Shown here: positions 25,319 to 38,364 of the stretch, piece after piece
Layout of the letters: each line of letters opens with the position of its first letter
Numbering within the stretch: the first letter of the stretch is position 1
From: Macrostomum lignano
Lineage: Eukaryota
Length of the DNA: 64,000 nt
NCBI GenBank assembly: GCA_002269645.1
Contig: NIVC01000415.1
Span: 1 to 64,000, forward strand
Direction: 5' to 3'
The notes under the pieces: generated by a model
Told to the model about the DNA's origin: nothing
The model's input: the letters and a program-made list of their open reading frames with translations, nothing else
Databases searched by the model: none
Translations under genes and position numbers: made by a program

Positions 25319-26075
25319 GTGAGAGTCATTAATCTCCGCTATGAGAATCATCAATCTCCGCTATGAGAATCATCAATCTCCGCTATGAGAATCATCAATC
25401 TCCGCTATGAGAATGATCAATCTCCGCTATGAGAATGATCAATCTCCGCTATGAGAATGATCAATCTCCGCTATGAGAATGATCAATCTCCACTATGAGA
25501 ATCGTCAATCTCCGCTATGAGAATCATCAATCTCCGCTATGAGAATCATCAATCTCCGCTATGAGAATCATCAATCTCAGCTATGAGTATCGCCAATCTC
25601 CGCTATGAGAATCATCAATCTCCTCTATGAGAATCATCAATCTCCGCTATGAGAATCATCAATCTCCGCTATGAGAATCATCAATCTCTGCTATGAGAAT
25701 GATCAATCTCCGCTATGAGAATTATCAATCTCCGCTATGAGAATTATGAATCTCCGCTATAAGAATCATCAATCTCCGCTATGAGAATGATCAATCTCCG
25801 CTATGAGAATCATCAATCTCCGCTACGAGAATCATCAATCTCCGCTATGAGAATCATCAATCTCTGCTATGAGAATGATCAATCTCCGCTATGAGAATCA
25901 TCAATCTCCGCTATGAAAATCATCAATCTCCGCTATGAGAATGATCAATCTCCGCTATGAGAATGATCAATCTCCGCTATGAGAATCATCAATCTTCGCT
26001 ATGAGAATCATCAATCTCCGCTATGAGAATCATCAATCTCCGCCATGAGAATGATCAATCTCCGCTATGAGAATC
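25319..26075. repeat. 22 bp minisatellite in DHHC intron 2 (ATGAGAATCATCAATCTCCGCT)
   Basis: Begins at the splice donor. Confidence 0.92.
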
Positions 26076-26214
26076 GTCTCTAAAATCTCAGTTATGATCT
26101 TGTCAGTCATAAATCTTTTGCACGATTCACGACAGACCCAAGACATGCCTGTACACCCTGTGCAAACTAACTGCAACTATAATTAGCTCTCAATCCCCGT
26201 AATAAAAACTCCAG

Positions 26215-26481
26215 CTAATCTCGGTGTCCCGCGGCACCACAACCCACGAGGACGCCCAGCAACAAGAGATTGTGTGCCGCCAGCCGGTGCGCCGCCGGTT
26301 CGAGTCCGTGTTTGGCCATTTCCCGTTGCTCAACTTTCTATTCCCGGCTGTGATTATTTATAAACAATTTGACGATGGGATCCACTGGTGGGACACTATC
26401 GATGCTGGCAAGCTGAAACGGCTGCGCCGCAAGCAGCAGAAACAGCAGCGGCAGGTTCCAGACTCTGTTAAATCTGTCTAA
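26215..26481 (+). CDS. DHHC palmitoyltransferase, terminal exon
   Basis: ctccag|LISVSRGTTTHE (TTxE motif), then FESVFG..LNFLFP..DDG (PaCCT-like); spliced product is 419 aa with no frameshift. Confidence 0.85.
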   Translation, partial: LISVSRGTTTHEDAQQQEIVCRQPVRRRFESVFGHFPLLNFLFPAVIIYKQFDDGIHWWDTIDAGKLKRLRRKQQKQQRQVPDSVKSV

Positions 26482-26629
26482 CTTTTGAGTGCCAGGAATG
26501 TCTTGGCAAATTTTGTGCCTTAATGTCAAAGGTCGTCTTACCTTGTACACGGTGTTTTAATTTGTGTTAGAAAAATTGGAACTACTAGTGTAGGTCTAGG
26601 ATTAAAAGTTGAATTTTGCATTCAGGATT

Positions 26630-27905
26630 GAGGAGTGCTAATCTATAGTAGTCTGAATAGACATGGATTGCTAATTTATAGCAGTCTGAATAGATATGGA
26701 TTACTAATTTATAGTAGTCTGAATAGATATGGATTACTAATCTATAGTAGTTTGAATAGATATGGATTGCTAATCTATAGTAGTCTGAATAGATATGGAT
26801 TGCTAATCTATAGCAGTCTGACTACAGATATGGATTGCTAATTTATAGTAGTCTGAATAGATATGGATTACTAATCTATAGTAGTTTGTATAGATATGGA
26901 TCGCTAATCTATAGTAGTTTGTATAGATATGGATTGCTAATCTATAGTAGTCTGAATAGATATGGATTGCTAATCTAGCATTCTGACTACAGATATGGAT
27001 TGCTAATCTATAGCATTCTAAATAGATATGGATTGCTAATATATAGTAGTTTGTATAGATATGGATCGCTAATCTATAGTAGTTTGTATAGATATGGATT
27101 GCTAATCTATAGTAGTCTGAATAGATATGGATTGCTAATATATAGTAGTTTGTATAGATATGGATCGCTAATCTATAGTAGTTTGTATAGATATGGATTG
27201 CTAATCTATAGTAGTTTGTATAGATATGGATTGCTAATCTATAGCAGTCTGAATAGATATGGATTGCTAATCTAGCATTCTGACTACAGATATGGATTGC
27301 TAATCTATAGCATTCTAAATAGATATGGATTGCTAATCTATAGCATTCTAAATAGATATGGATTGCTAATCTATAGTAGTTTGTATAGATATGGATCGCT
27401 AATCTATAGTAGTTTGTATAGATATGGATTGCTAATCTATAGTAGTTTGTATAGATATGGATTGCTAATCTATAGTAGTTTGTATAGATATGGATCGCTA
27501 ATCTATAGTAGTTTGTATAGATATGGATTGCTAATCTATAGCATTCTAAATAGATATGGATTGCTAATCTATAGCATTCTAAATAGATATGGATTGCTAA
27601 TCTATAGTAGTTTGTATAGATATGGATTGCTAATCTATAGTAGTTTGTATAGATATGGATCGCTAATCTATAGTAGTTTGTATAGATATGGATTGCTAAT
27701 CTATAGTAGTCTGAATAGATATGGATTGCTAATCTAGCATTCTGACTACAGATATGGATTGCTAATATATAGTAGTTTGTATAGATATGGATTGCTAATA
27801 TATAGTAGTTTGTATAGATATGGATCGCTAATCTATAGTAGTCTGAATAGATATGGATTGCTAATCTAGCATTCTGACTACAGATATGGATTGCTAATCT
27901 ATAGC
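26630..27905. repeat. 33 bp minisatellite (ATAGATATGGATTGCTAATCTATAGTAGTTTGT)
   Basis: Explains the RLAIHIYTNYY ORF. Confidence 0.92.
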
Positions 27906-28604
27906 TATAAAATATTGCAAAGTTATCCCATATCGACATGGGTTAGAATGGATTGCTTATCTACAGTTTGATTTTAAGGACTATACGTTTTGAAATTGAG
28001 CTTTTTTATGTCTAGTTTTGATTTGCTTGGAATATTTCTATCACATGTAGAAGCGGCTGCGTCTCAACCTGCGTGCCATGACTTCTTAAAATTGATTTTT
28101 TATCACTTCGGCTCTTTATTTTGACTTTTTGTTGACTTTTTAGTTTCCTTTTCTTTTTCTGCTTGACTAATGCAGCATTGCATGTGAACTGCATACTCGT
28201 ATATTATTATTTTGCTTTTTTTGTCTTTACCTGGGTCTTTTGTACCGTAGAATGCAACTGTGTTAACCATCAAGAATCTCGCTTAATTTTAGGCTTCAAC
28301 TACGATTTAAAACAAATTTTATTAACTTTCACAAGATCTCAAAATCTGTGTTAAGTTTATTTTTAAAATCAGCTGATGATTTCTTGTTTGTTCTTCAAAG
28401 TTGTTTTTGCAAACCAAATTCATTTTTTGTCAATATAACACGTTTCCAAAAATTTCTGCCTATACTTCATCATTCTGATATATATATATATATTACTACT
28501 GATTTTGTCAGTAGTACATTATGATGTTTTTAAAGCGTCAGGTTTTCAACGAAATTAGCAGAAAGAAGAAGGCCCATCTTTATAGTGTGTTCTCAATTCC
28601 GTGA

Positions 28605-29060
28605 TAGGCACCAACTCCACTCCTAATGTACATTGCCGCTGAGGGCACCAACCACACTCCTAATGTACATTTCCACAGTTAGGCACCAACCCCGCTCCTA
28701 ATGTACATTTCCACAGTTAGGCACCAACCCCGCTCCTAATGTACATTCCCGCTGTGGGCACCAACTCCACTCCTAATGTACATTGCCGCTGTGGGCACCA
28801 ACCCCACTCCTAATGTACATTGCCGCTGATGTCACCAACCCCACTCCTAATGTACACTGCCGCTGAGGGCATCAACCCCACTCCAAAGGTACAAATTGCC
28901 AGTGTATCATCAATCCCACTCCCATTGTACATTGCCACAGTTAGGCACCAATCCCACTCTTAATGTACATTGCCACAGATAGGCACCAATCCCACTCCTA
29001 ATGTACATTGCCACAGTTAGGCACCAACCCCACTCCTAATGTACATTGCCACTGAGAAGC
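28605..29060. repeat. About 38 bp degenerate array (GGCACCAACCCCACTCCTAATGTACATTGCC...)
   Basis: About a dozen related units. Confidence 0.85.
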
Positions 29061-29689
29061 ACTAGCCCGATAGGCATCAAGCTCTTCCAAGCGTACATCA
29101 TCTATTCGAGTTGGGGTGGAGGTCTGGTTTGATCCTAAATCAAAATGGACTAAGACTTTAAACGTTAAACGTTAAATTTCACATCATACTTTTTAGTACA
29201 ACAGCTGCCTTTTTATGCGTTATATTTTAGCAAAACACTCAATCTCTTTACAACATGTTCCGTCGTTTATCTGGCTTTTAAACTTTTAATAATCCTTCAT
29301 TCCTAATTTATTTTGTATGAATGTTTCGGAATGTGCTGTTTTTCCGTAGCGTCATGCGGAATACATGATGTCTGCTTGCGTTTCTCGTTTCGCCTTGTCT
29401 TAGCTGCTAATCTACACTGCACCTTTCTTACTTGATGTGCTTTTCCTGTTCACTCTTTTAACTTTTTGTATGGCTTTATTAGCTCGTGCCATGAGCACTC
29501 AATTATTGCTGAAACTTGACTTTTTAGAATCGTGACGATAAGTACAAGTGATTCGGGTTAGTGATCCATAGGAACTGGATTGGATTTTATGCCGTTAGCA
29601 ATTTTTCCTGCTTCTTAGTTAGAAATTTTGTTTCTCATTATTTATTTTGAATTTGATAACTAATTCTTATCTATAGTCTGCTACCTCAC

Positions 29690-30670
29690 CTTTCTGTGTT
29701 ATCTATGGCTTGCCACCCCCTCCTTGTGTTATCTATGGCCTGCCACCCCCCTCCTTGTGTTATCTATGGCCTGCCACCCCCCTCCTTGTGTTATCTATGG
29801 CCTGCCACCCCCCTCCTTGTATTATCTATGGCCTGCCACCCCCCTCCTTGTGTTATCTATGGCCTGCCACCCCCCTCCTTGTGTTATCTATGGCCTGCCA
29901 CCCCCCTCCTTGTGTTATCTATGGCCTGCCACCCCACCTCCTTGTGTTATCTATGGCCTGCCACCCCACCTCCTTGTGTTATCTATGGCCTGCCACCCCA
30001 TCTCACTGTGTTATCTACGGCCTGCCACCCCATCTCACTGTGTTATCTACGGCCTGCCACCCCACCTCCTTGTGTTATCTATGGCCTGCCACCCCATCTC
30101 ACTGTGTTATCTATGGTCTGCCACCCCATCTCACTGTGTTATCTATGGCCTGCCACCCCACCTCCTTGTGTTATCTATGGCCTGCCACCCCACCTCCTTG
30201 TGTTATCTATGGCCTGCCACCCCATCTCACTGTGTTATCTACGGCCTGCCACCCCATCTCACTGTGTTATCTACGGCCTGCCACCCCATCTCACTGTGTT
30301 ATCTATGGCCTGCCACCCCATCTCACTGTGTTATCTATGGCCTGCCACCCCATCTCACTGTGTTATCTATGGTCTGCCACCCCATCTCACTGTGTTATCT
30401 ATGGTCTGCCACCCCATCTCACTGTGTTATCTATGGCCTGCCACCCCATCTCACTGTGTTATCTATGGTCTGCCACCCCATCTCACTGTGTTATCTATGG
30501 CCTGCCACCCCATCTCACTGTGTTATCTATGGTCTGCCACCCCATCTCACTGCGTTATCTATGGTCTGCCACCCCATCTCACTGTGTTATCTATGGTCTG
30601 CCACCCCATCTCACTGTGTTATCTATGGTCTGCCACCCCATCTCACTGTGTTATCTATGGTCTGCCACCC
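29690..30670. repeat. 32-33 bp minisatellite (TGTGTTATCTATGGCCTGCCACCCCATCTCAC)
   Basis: Direct inspection. Confidence 0.92.
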
Positions 30671-30744
30671 CCTTCTTATCATCGACCATTTTAGCGCATC
30701 ACTGTAGTAACTAACTATTTGTTATCGATAAATGACAAAAAATT

Positions 30745-31200
30745 ATGTTTTATAATAATAAATTTCTGGCCGATCAAAAATGCGAAGTGGGCCAGGTGCT
30801 ATTAAGCTACCTGCTCCACATGGTATTTTTAATCTTCCTAGTGCTTCGCCTGGAGACTCGAATCAACTGGGCTTGGCCTTTGATTTTCACACCACTATTC
30901 GCCTTTGATCTTGCCGGCTTAATTATCGCCATAACTATGACACTGCGGCAGTGCTGCTGCTCAGACAGGCCAGTCTCGCAGCTCCGACTGCTGCTCTGCC
31001 GATCTCCCGGTTTCATTACTCTGCTATGCAAATTGGCTGGCGAGTTAACTTTGAGTCTATTTGCTCAGGGCCTGCTGCCAGATGGTGCGAGTCTGTACGC
31101 TGTGCTGGCACCATTCTTTTGCCTTCTGTCTGTCGCGATTGCTGACCTGCTGGCTCGGCTAGTGTTCATCTATCAGGAGGTGGCGCCTCAGTCTGTTTAG
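30745..31200 (+). CDS. TMEM60: Transmembrane protein 60-like (TMEM60/185/203 family)
   Basis: QVLLSYLLHMVFLIFLVLRLETRINWAWPLIFTPLFAFD parallels TMEM60 RVLLTWLFTLLFLIMLVLKLDEKAPWNWFLIFIPVWIFD (from memory); four hydrophobic helices; exact start uncertain. Confidence 0.75.
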   Translation: MFYNNKFLADQKCEVGQVLLSYLLHMVFLIFLVLRLETRINWAWPLIFTPLFAFDLAGLIIAITMTLRQCCCSDRPVSQLRLLLCRSPGFITLLCKLAGELTLSLFAQGLLPDGASLYAVLAPFFCLLSVAIADLLARLVFIYQEVAPQSV

Positions 31201-31309
31201 ATATTGCCTGATAATTGCTTGCACTGGGTACCGATATGTTGCGTTAATAACTTAGCTATAGCCTGGTTTTACACTTGACCGGATTTGGATCCGTCTACTA
31301 AATCTATTG

Positions 31310-31428
31310 ACCTGTCTGTCTGCCTGCCTGTCTGTCTGTCTGTCTGTCTGTCTGCCTGTCTGTCTGCCTGTCTGTCTGTCTGTCTGCCTGTCTGTCTGTC
31401 TGTCTGTCTGCCTGTCTGTCTGTCTGCC

Positions 31429-31465
<37 letters not shown>

Positions 31466-31592
31466 GCTTGTCTATCTGTCTTCTGTCTGTCTGTCTGTGT
31501 CTTAGTGTCTGCCTGTCTTACTGTCTGTCTGTCTGTTTGTCTGTATGTCTGTTTGTATGTCTGTCTGTCTCTGTGTCTGTCTGTCTGTCTGT
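31310..31592. repeat. (TGTC)n microsatellite
   Basis: Direct inspection. Confidence 0.9.
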
Positions 31593-32169
31593 GCGTGCCC
31601 ATCGCACCCCATGTTTGCTGTTCCCACCCCAGACGATTGTATCACGCGCGCTTTTGTCGGCCGTCTTTCAAGTGAATATTGCATTGTTTACAGTCTATCA
31701 GTCTGTGTCGAACTGATTAGCTACTGATTAGCCAGTTTGCAAAGTTGATTTAACAAAAAAGGCCTGTAATATGTACAATAATTTGTTCTTAGATCTGATT
31801 TTAACAAATTTTCTTCTATCGTTACATTTGAAAAAATTCTATGAAAGAAATAAATCAGCTGATTACCGATTCTAGCGACTGAAAATACAATACTGTACGG
31901 TGTTTCTGGAGCCATATACGGTAATAGCATAGTATTCATATGCTTATTTGACCTTGATACTTTATCGTGTTTTGTCTCTTATTCCTGTGAAAAATATCTT
32001 GTAAATAAACAGTGAATTATTAACTGTGATCGACTACATCTTTGTAGTGTACAATGCGAGTAATTGCATTAATAAGTAATAGTTCTGGACGTGACGTTTT
32101 CAAACTAATTATTTTATTGCACACATCGGTGCTACCCACGTTTTCTAGTGCATATATATCCCCCAAATT

Positions 32170-32460
32170 ACAGCACCCACCACCCCACAACACCCACCTC
32201 CCCACAATACCCAACACCCCACAGCACCCGCCTCTCCACAGCACCCACCATCCCACAACACCCACCACCCCACAGCACCCACCACCCCACAGCACCCACC
32301 ATCCCACAACACCCACCACCCCACAGCACCCACCATCCCACAACACCCACCATCCCACAACACCCACCACCCCACAGCACCCACCACCCCACAGCATCCA
32401 CCACCCCATAACACCCGCCACCCCACAACACCCACCACCCCACAACACCCACCACCCACA
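32170..32460. repeat. 18 bp C-rich minisatellite (CACCCACCACCCCACAA/G)
   Basis: Direct inspection. Confidence 0.88.
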
Positions 32461-33974
32461 TCAGCCGCTAAACCTTAGCTGTGTCGCCCCTCGGCGGTAC
32501 GCAGGCTGCAGCTGATTAACGAGGCGCAAAGCTGATCCCGCCTTAGCCACTAATTCAACTAACCCGAAACAGCATCAAACTGATATAAAATCGAAAAAAA
32601 CGCATCTCGAGCACGAGACTGAATCATCATTATTATCTTTAATATGCTCAATATGGATTATACATGCGCCAATGCTCTTAGAGCCAGTTGGGGTTTAGGT
32701 GCTTGGAGTCTGGGACAAGCTGAGCTAATGCAGCGGATGGGACAGGCCTATCTTATTTCCTTCCCAGGTCACGCCTTGCGCCAGTGTCTGCCTAATATGA
32801 CGCCTAATGACCCTCTGGCTCAGGATGCCTTGCGGGCTGTAGTCATCATTTTTGTGCACAGAAGATTTCCGAGCAGCTGAAGGGTTGCTGGAAACTGAGC
32901 TTGAGTCTGTCAGCTCGAGTCCTGTCATACTGTCTTTGAGTGTAACTTATAGCAAAATGCGCTCCTTGTATATCCGATTTTAGGATGCGATTAGCGTCTA
33001 TCGAGTAGCGTTTTGGCTTTTATGATGCTTCTATAGGTAGCCTAGAAGAAAAAACAAGATAATGGTGGTGCTATGGCGTTTTAGGCCCAAATATGCAGGA
33101 CTTGTGTGCTGCTGAGCGAGGGATTATGGGAGAGAGCCAGAGGAGGGCAAATATGAGGTAGATTGGGTAGGGAGGAGATGAGAAGGAGATGGGGAGTAGA
33201 GCGAAAAGGAGAGTGATAGTATAGAGTGAGAAGAAGATTGAGAGTAGAGTTAAAATGAGAAAGAGAGTAGAATGAGGAGATGGAGAGTAAAGTGAGAAGG
33301 AGATGGAGAGTAGATTGAGAAGGAGTGCAAGAGTAGAGTGAGAAGGAGATGGAGAGAAGGGTGAGAAGGAGATGGCGAGTGGAGTGAGAAGGAGATGACG
33401 TGTAGAGCGAGAGGGAGAGGGAGAGTAGAGTGAGGAGAGGAGGAGCAGAGGTTACCGTAGATACGAAAATCTGTATGACAGGTACTGCATGAATTTACTA
33501 TGCCGACTGCGAACAGCTGCGTGAAGGCAAGATTGTATTTGATTGAAGTGATAAATTTAAATATTATTAAAGACACCTGGCTCCGCAGTGCTCAACACTC
33601 TCAGCCCTTCTCTTCTTCTCTCTGTTTCTTAATTCAACTAGTGCACACAAGGTTGCACGTACTAAGAAGAGAAGAGAGTGTATCAGGGAGGGAAGTGACG
33701 CAAGCACTTTATCTGCAGGACAGGAACACTGGGCACTCTTGTCCGGGCACCTGTAGATTACATTCAATCAGTCTCAATCCGAAATTCCCCATTTGATGCG
33801 AGTAGGCAAATGATATTTGAGTAGGGACAGAAACGGGGGCGAGCGAAGGATGAAGAATGCTTCAACGCAAATTCGTAATCCGTAATTGATGGACCGGAAC
33901 TTGTCCGAATGAGGCACTGATTGCCTGTGAGCTGTGGATAATTTCTTTAGCGACAGGTACGGTATTTGAGATTT

Positions 33975-34336
33975 TGGACAGGTAAAAAGAAATTGTGGAC
34001 AGTTAAAGAGAGATTGTGGACAGGTAAAGAGAGATTGTGGACAGTTAAAGAGAGATTGTGGGCAGGTAAAGAGAGATTGCGGACAGGTAAAAAGAGATTG
34101 TGGGCAGGTAAAGAGAGATTGCGGACAGGTAAAAGGAGATTGTGGACAGGTAAGCAGAGATTGTGGGCAGGTAAGCAGAGATTGTGGACAGGTAAGCAGA
34201 GATTGTGGGCAGGTAAGCAGAGATTGTGGGCAGGTAAGCAGAGATTGTGGACAGGTAAGCAGAGATTGTGGACAGGTTAGCAGAGATTGTGGACAGGTTA
34301 GCAGAGATTGTGGACAGGTTAGCAGAGATTGTGGGC
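33975..34336. repeat. 21 bp minisatellite (GAGATTGTGGACAGGTAAGCA)
   Basis: Each unit contains CAG|GTAAG. Confidence 0.9.
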
Positions 34337-34799
34337 AAGAGTCTTTGATTTCAGCTATTTTCTCTGTCCATTACACCAAAGCGTTGCTGAAGTCATAAAA
34401 ATACAAAAAAAATTCCCCAAAGAATCATATTGATGCTTTTTATTCGCCATTACAAAATGTATCATAGGTTTCCTGTTCGCCATTTCTATCAACCATCGCG
34501 AAAAGTGCATTTAGTTTGCGTTGAGTTCTGTAGTGTAGAGAAATTGCATGCTAATACAATTAAACAAATGGCTGAGCTCAGAACTTGGAAAAATTGATTT
34601 TTTTCTCTACCAAACTGATAGACATCTCAGAGATAATTTGAGCTCAACAGAGCATCTCTGTTGTGGCAATTTTTGTGACAGCTGGGTGGCACGGGCAGTC
34701 GGGAAATTGGTGTTGGGATAAAGGAAACAAATTGACGGGAAATAGAAAAATTATGCTTTAAATCAAGAGAACAAAATTATAAAGATGAATATAGTCTTG

Positions 34800-35412
34800 G
34801 AGACAGATTAAAGTAGAGAGTGAGATAGATTAAGAGAATAGAGAGTGAGATTAACTATAGACTGGAGATTAGAGACTATAGACTAGAGAGTGAGATGGAC
34901 TAGAGGCTAGAGACTAGAGGCTGGAGACTGAAAATTTTGATAGACTAGAGACTAGAGACTGAGATGGACTAGAGACTAGAGACTGAGATAGACTAGAGAC
35001 TGAGATAGACTAGAGACTGGAGGCTAGAGGCTAGAGACTAGATATTAGAGTGAGATAGAGTAGACTAGAGACTAGATAGTAAGTTAGGCTAGAGACTGGG
35101 GACTAGAGAGTGAGATGAACTAGAGAATAGACTAGAGACTAGAGACTAGTGACTAGACAGTGAGATAGACTAGAGACTAGAGACTGAGATAGACTAGAGA
35201 CTAGGGACTGAGATAGACTAGAGACTAGGGACTGAGATAGACTATAGAAACTAGAGGCTAGAGACTAGAGACTAGATATTAGAGAGTGAGATAGAGTAGA
35301 CTAGAGACTAGATAGTGAGATAGACTAGAGACTGGAGACTAGAGAGTGAGATGAACTTGAGAACTAGAGACTAGAGGCTAGAGACTAGAGAGTGAGATGG
35401 ACTGGAGACTGA
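34800..35412. repeat. Degenerate GACTAGA/GAGATA satellite
   Basis: Direct inspection. Confidence 0.85.
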
Positions 35413-35781
35413 ATAGTGGGCTATACAAGAGACAAAAGAACAGACTCTACCCTCCATACAATGCGGAATGGAATGACTCAAAAAATGCAATTTTATCTGA
35501 TTCCTGTTCCCTGTTCAAAATCCAAATTAGGTCTGAGCCGAAAGAGGGGCAGGGATACTCGTAGAGATGAGGAAGAGAGTCTGCGTTTTCAACACCTGTA
35601 CACCGCTCTCTATTGGCCCACTGTTGCCCAACGCTCTGATCCGAAGCTGCTCATCCCGGGTGCCAGCCCTGCTCAGTGATTTTAGGCGCTGCTTTTTCCT
35701 TCTGCTACAGATATTCAACACTTATAGACAGACAGAGACCAGGATTCACTCCCAGCATTTCCTGTGAAATTGGGAAGCAAA

Positions 35782-35884
35782 ATGTTGCATCGTTTGTGGT
35801 TTTTGTTCATATTACACAGGATCTGTGGCAACTTGACTACCGCTGAAGCTGCACCGGCCACTGCTGACAGCCCTGCTGACAATC
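35782..35884 (+). CDS. Shisa-like membrane protein, exon 1 (signal peptide)
   Basis: ATG 35782, MLHRLWFLFILHRICGNLTTAEAAPA...; donor AATC|gtgagt in phase 1; upstream acceptor ttttccttctgctacag|35711. Absent from the ORF track. Confidence 0.75.
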
Positions 35885-35893
35885 GTGAGTCAT

Positions 35894-36025
35894 CACTGAC
35901 TGACTGACTGACTGACTGACTGACTGACTGACTGACTGACTGACTGACTGACTGACTGACTGACTGACTGACTGACTGACTGACTGACTGACTGACTGAC
36001 TGACTGACTGACTGACTGACTGACT
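35894..36025. repeat. Pure (TGAC)n microsatellite, Shisa-like intron 1
   Basis: About 33 perfect units. Confidence 0.95.
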
Positions 36026-36489
36026 GGAGATTGGCTTGGACAGGTTTATCAAAGCTTTGTTGGCACTGGTTGAAGTCCTCTTAACATGCCTCTCATATAA
36101 TTGGGGAACTATATGTTACAGTAATGCTACAGGTATTGTAAATTAATGCCTCTTCTGGATTAGCGTCAGCACAAGAGAGAGACTGGGAAGGCAAAGCAGG
36201 TAGACAGGTGATAAGGTGATTTGGCTTGTTAGCAAGTGAGTTCCCTAGTGAGGCGCATTACTGTTCTGTTGTGCAGCAAGCACATTTACTCTGATCTATT
36301 TATTGCATTGCATTTCTCAAGCATGCAGCCTATTTTTACTCTCACTGAAAATCTGTACTTTTGAAAACATTTAGTTTCCATTTGCAAAATATAATTCAGG
36401 CTTTGGTCAAGTTCACGTTGACATTTTCAGTAGAATAAATAGATAACTAGAATACAAAAAGATACGATGAAATTGATAGATGGGCAAAT

Positions 36490-36955
36490 GAGTAGCTATA
36501 TGAGTATGAGTAGCTAGATGAGTAAATAAGTAGCTAGATGAGTAGATGAGTAGCTAGATGAGTAGATAAGTAGCTAGATGAGTAGATAAGAAGCTAGATG
36601 AGTAGATGAGTAGCTAGATGAGTAGATAAGAAGCTAGATGAGTAGCTAGATGAGTAGATGAGTAGCTAGATGAGTAGATGAGTAGCTAGATAAGTGAATG
36701 AGTAGCTAGATGAGTAGATGAGTAGCTAGATGAGTAGATAATAAGCTAGATGAGTAGATGAGTAGCTAGATGAGTAGATGAGTAGATAAGAAGCTAGATG
36801 AGTAGCTAGATGAGTAGATGAGTAGCTAGATGAGTAGATGAGTAGCTAGATGAGTAGATGAGTAGATAAGAAGCTAGATGAGTAGCTAGATGAGTAGATG
36901 AGTAGCTAGATGAGTAGATGAGTAGCTAGATGAGTAGATGAGTAGCTAGATAAAT
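36490..36955. repeat. GATGAGTAGCTA/GATGAGTA satellite
   Basis: Direct inspection. Confidence 0.9.
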
Positions 36956-37344
36956 AGCGATCCTATCTATCTGAACTAGCTAAGACAAGCTACAAAACAA
37001 ATGAAATTTCCCACAATAATGGCCCAATAAACTTGACTAATTTTACTATTAGAAGTGTCAACTGTCCTAGCAGCTGGACCAGAACCCTGTGCTGCTGGCT
37101 ACCACCAGAGTGAGAAATTCTAGTAAATCATCTGCATTACTCGTACTTACAATCCCGTCATTCAATACTCTTAAAAAGCATTTTTGACAGACTTAACAAA
37201 TGCTTTTTGTGAAAAAACTGGCCTTGACAAAGCAGCTCGCAGTTCAACTTTTCTCTGCAAAACTGCAAGTGAGCTCTTTGACTCTTTTGTTCTCTACTCT
37301 GCCACTCTTCTCAACAACTAAATTCGAGTACCCACTATGTACTC

Positions 37345-37765
37345 TATTTCTACCCCAGTGTCTACTCTACTTCTACCCATTGTCTACTCTACTTCTACCC
37401 AATTGTCTACTCTACTTCTACACACTGTCTACTCTACTTCTACCCAATTGTCTACTCTACTTCTACACACTGTCTACTCTACTTCTACCCAATTGTCTAC
37501 TCTACTTCTACCCAATTGTCTACTCTACTTCTACCCAATTGTCTACTCTACTTCTACCCAGTTGTCTACTCTACTTCTACCCAATTGTCTACTCTACTTC
37601 TACCCAATTGTCTACTCTACTTCTACCCAATTGTCTACTCTACTTCTACACACTGTCTACTCTACTTCTACCCAATTGTCTACTCTACTTCTACCCAATT
37701 GTCTACTCTACTTCTACACACTGTCTACTCTACTTCTACCCAATTGTCTACTCTACTTCTACCTA
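37345..37765. repeat. 23 bp minisatellite (TCTACTCTACTTCTACCCAATTG)
   Basis: Ends about 25 nt before acceptor 37792. Confidence 0.9.
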
Positions 37766-37791
37766 TTGCCTAACCAACCTGTCCCACACAG

Positions 37792-37939
37792 ACACCTGCT
37801 TCCACGAGGACCGGGTAAATCTGTCGGCCGTACCGCCTGCGGACGGGAGGTTCACCTGCCCGGAACCCGGCGGCAGCATCGACGAGACTGAGTGCTGCGG
37901 CTCCGCCAGGCGGGAAACCTGCTGCTCACACTGGGACAC
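37792..37939 (+). CDS. Shisa-like membrane protein, exon 2 (six-Cys ectodomain)
   Basis: [48 protein letters not shown] has the C-x19-C-x11-CC-x7-CC pattern; cacag| and AC|gtgagt. Confidence 0.85.
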
Positions 37940-38304
37940 GTGAGTGGCTGGGTGATAGTGAGAGTGGCTGGGTGATAGTGAGAGTGGCTGTGGGATAGTG
38001 AGAGTGGCAGTGTGATAGTGAGAGTGGCAGTGTGACAGTGAGAGTGGCTGGGTGATAGTGAGAGTGGCTGTGGGATAGTGAGAGTGGCTGGGTGATAGTG
38101 AGAGTGGCTGGGTGATAGTGAGAGTGGCTGTGGGATAGTGAGAGTGACTGTGTGATAGTGAGAGTGGCAGTGTGACAGTGAGAGTGGCTGTGTGATAGTG
38201 AGAGTGACTGTGGGATAGTGAGAGTGGCTGTGGGATAGTGAGAGTGGCTGTGTGACAGTGAGAGTGGCTGTGTGACAGTGAGAGTGGCTGTGTGACAGTG
38301 AGAG
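37940..38304. repeat. 20 bp minisatellite (GTGAGAGTGGCTGTGTGATA), Shisa-like intron 2
   Basis: About 18 units starting at the donor. Confidence 0.92.
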
Positions 38305-38364
38305 ATCAATGGCCTCATGATACAGCGAATAACCAAGTTCTCAGATTTACGGTGAGACTGACAG

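Noticed and set aside
26803-27939. 378-aa Tyr/His-rich repeat ORF
   Set aside because: Translation of the 33-bp array (unit divisible by 3); no splice or start context and no unique sequence.
29696-30714. Three overlapping ORFs of about 330 aa upstream of TMEM60
   Set aside because: All three frames are open only because the 32-33 bp unit lacks stops on that strand.
35790-35880. Minus-strand VKLPQIL suggesting a PQ-loop protein (MPDU1/SLC66A3)
   Set aside because: Similarity stops after 7 residues and the region is the antisense of the Shisa-like signal-peptide exon, which has proper splice sites.
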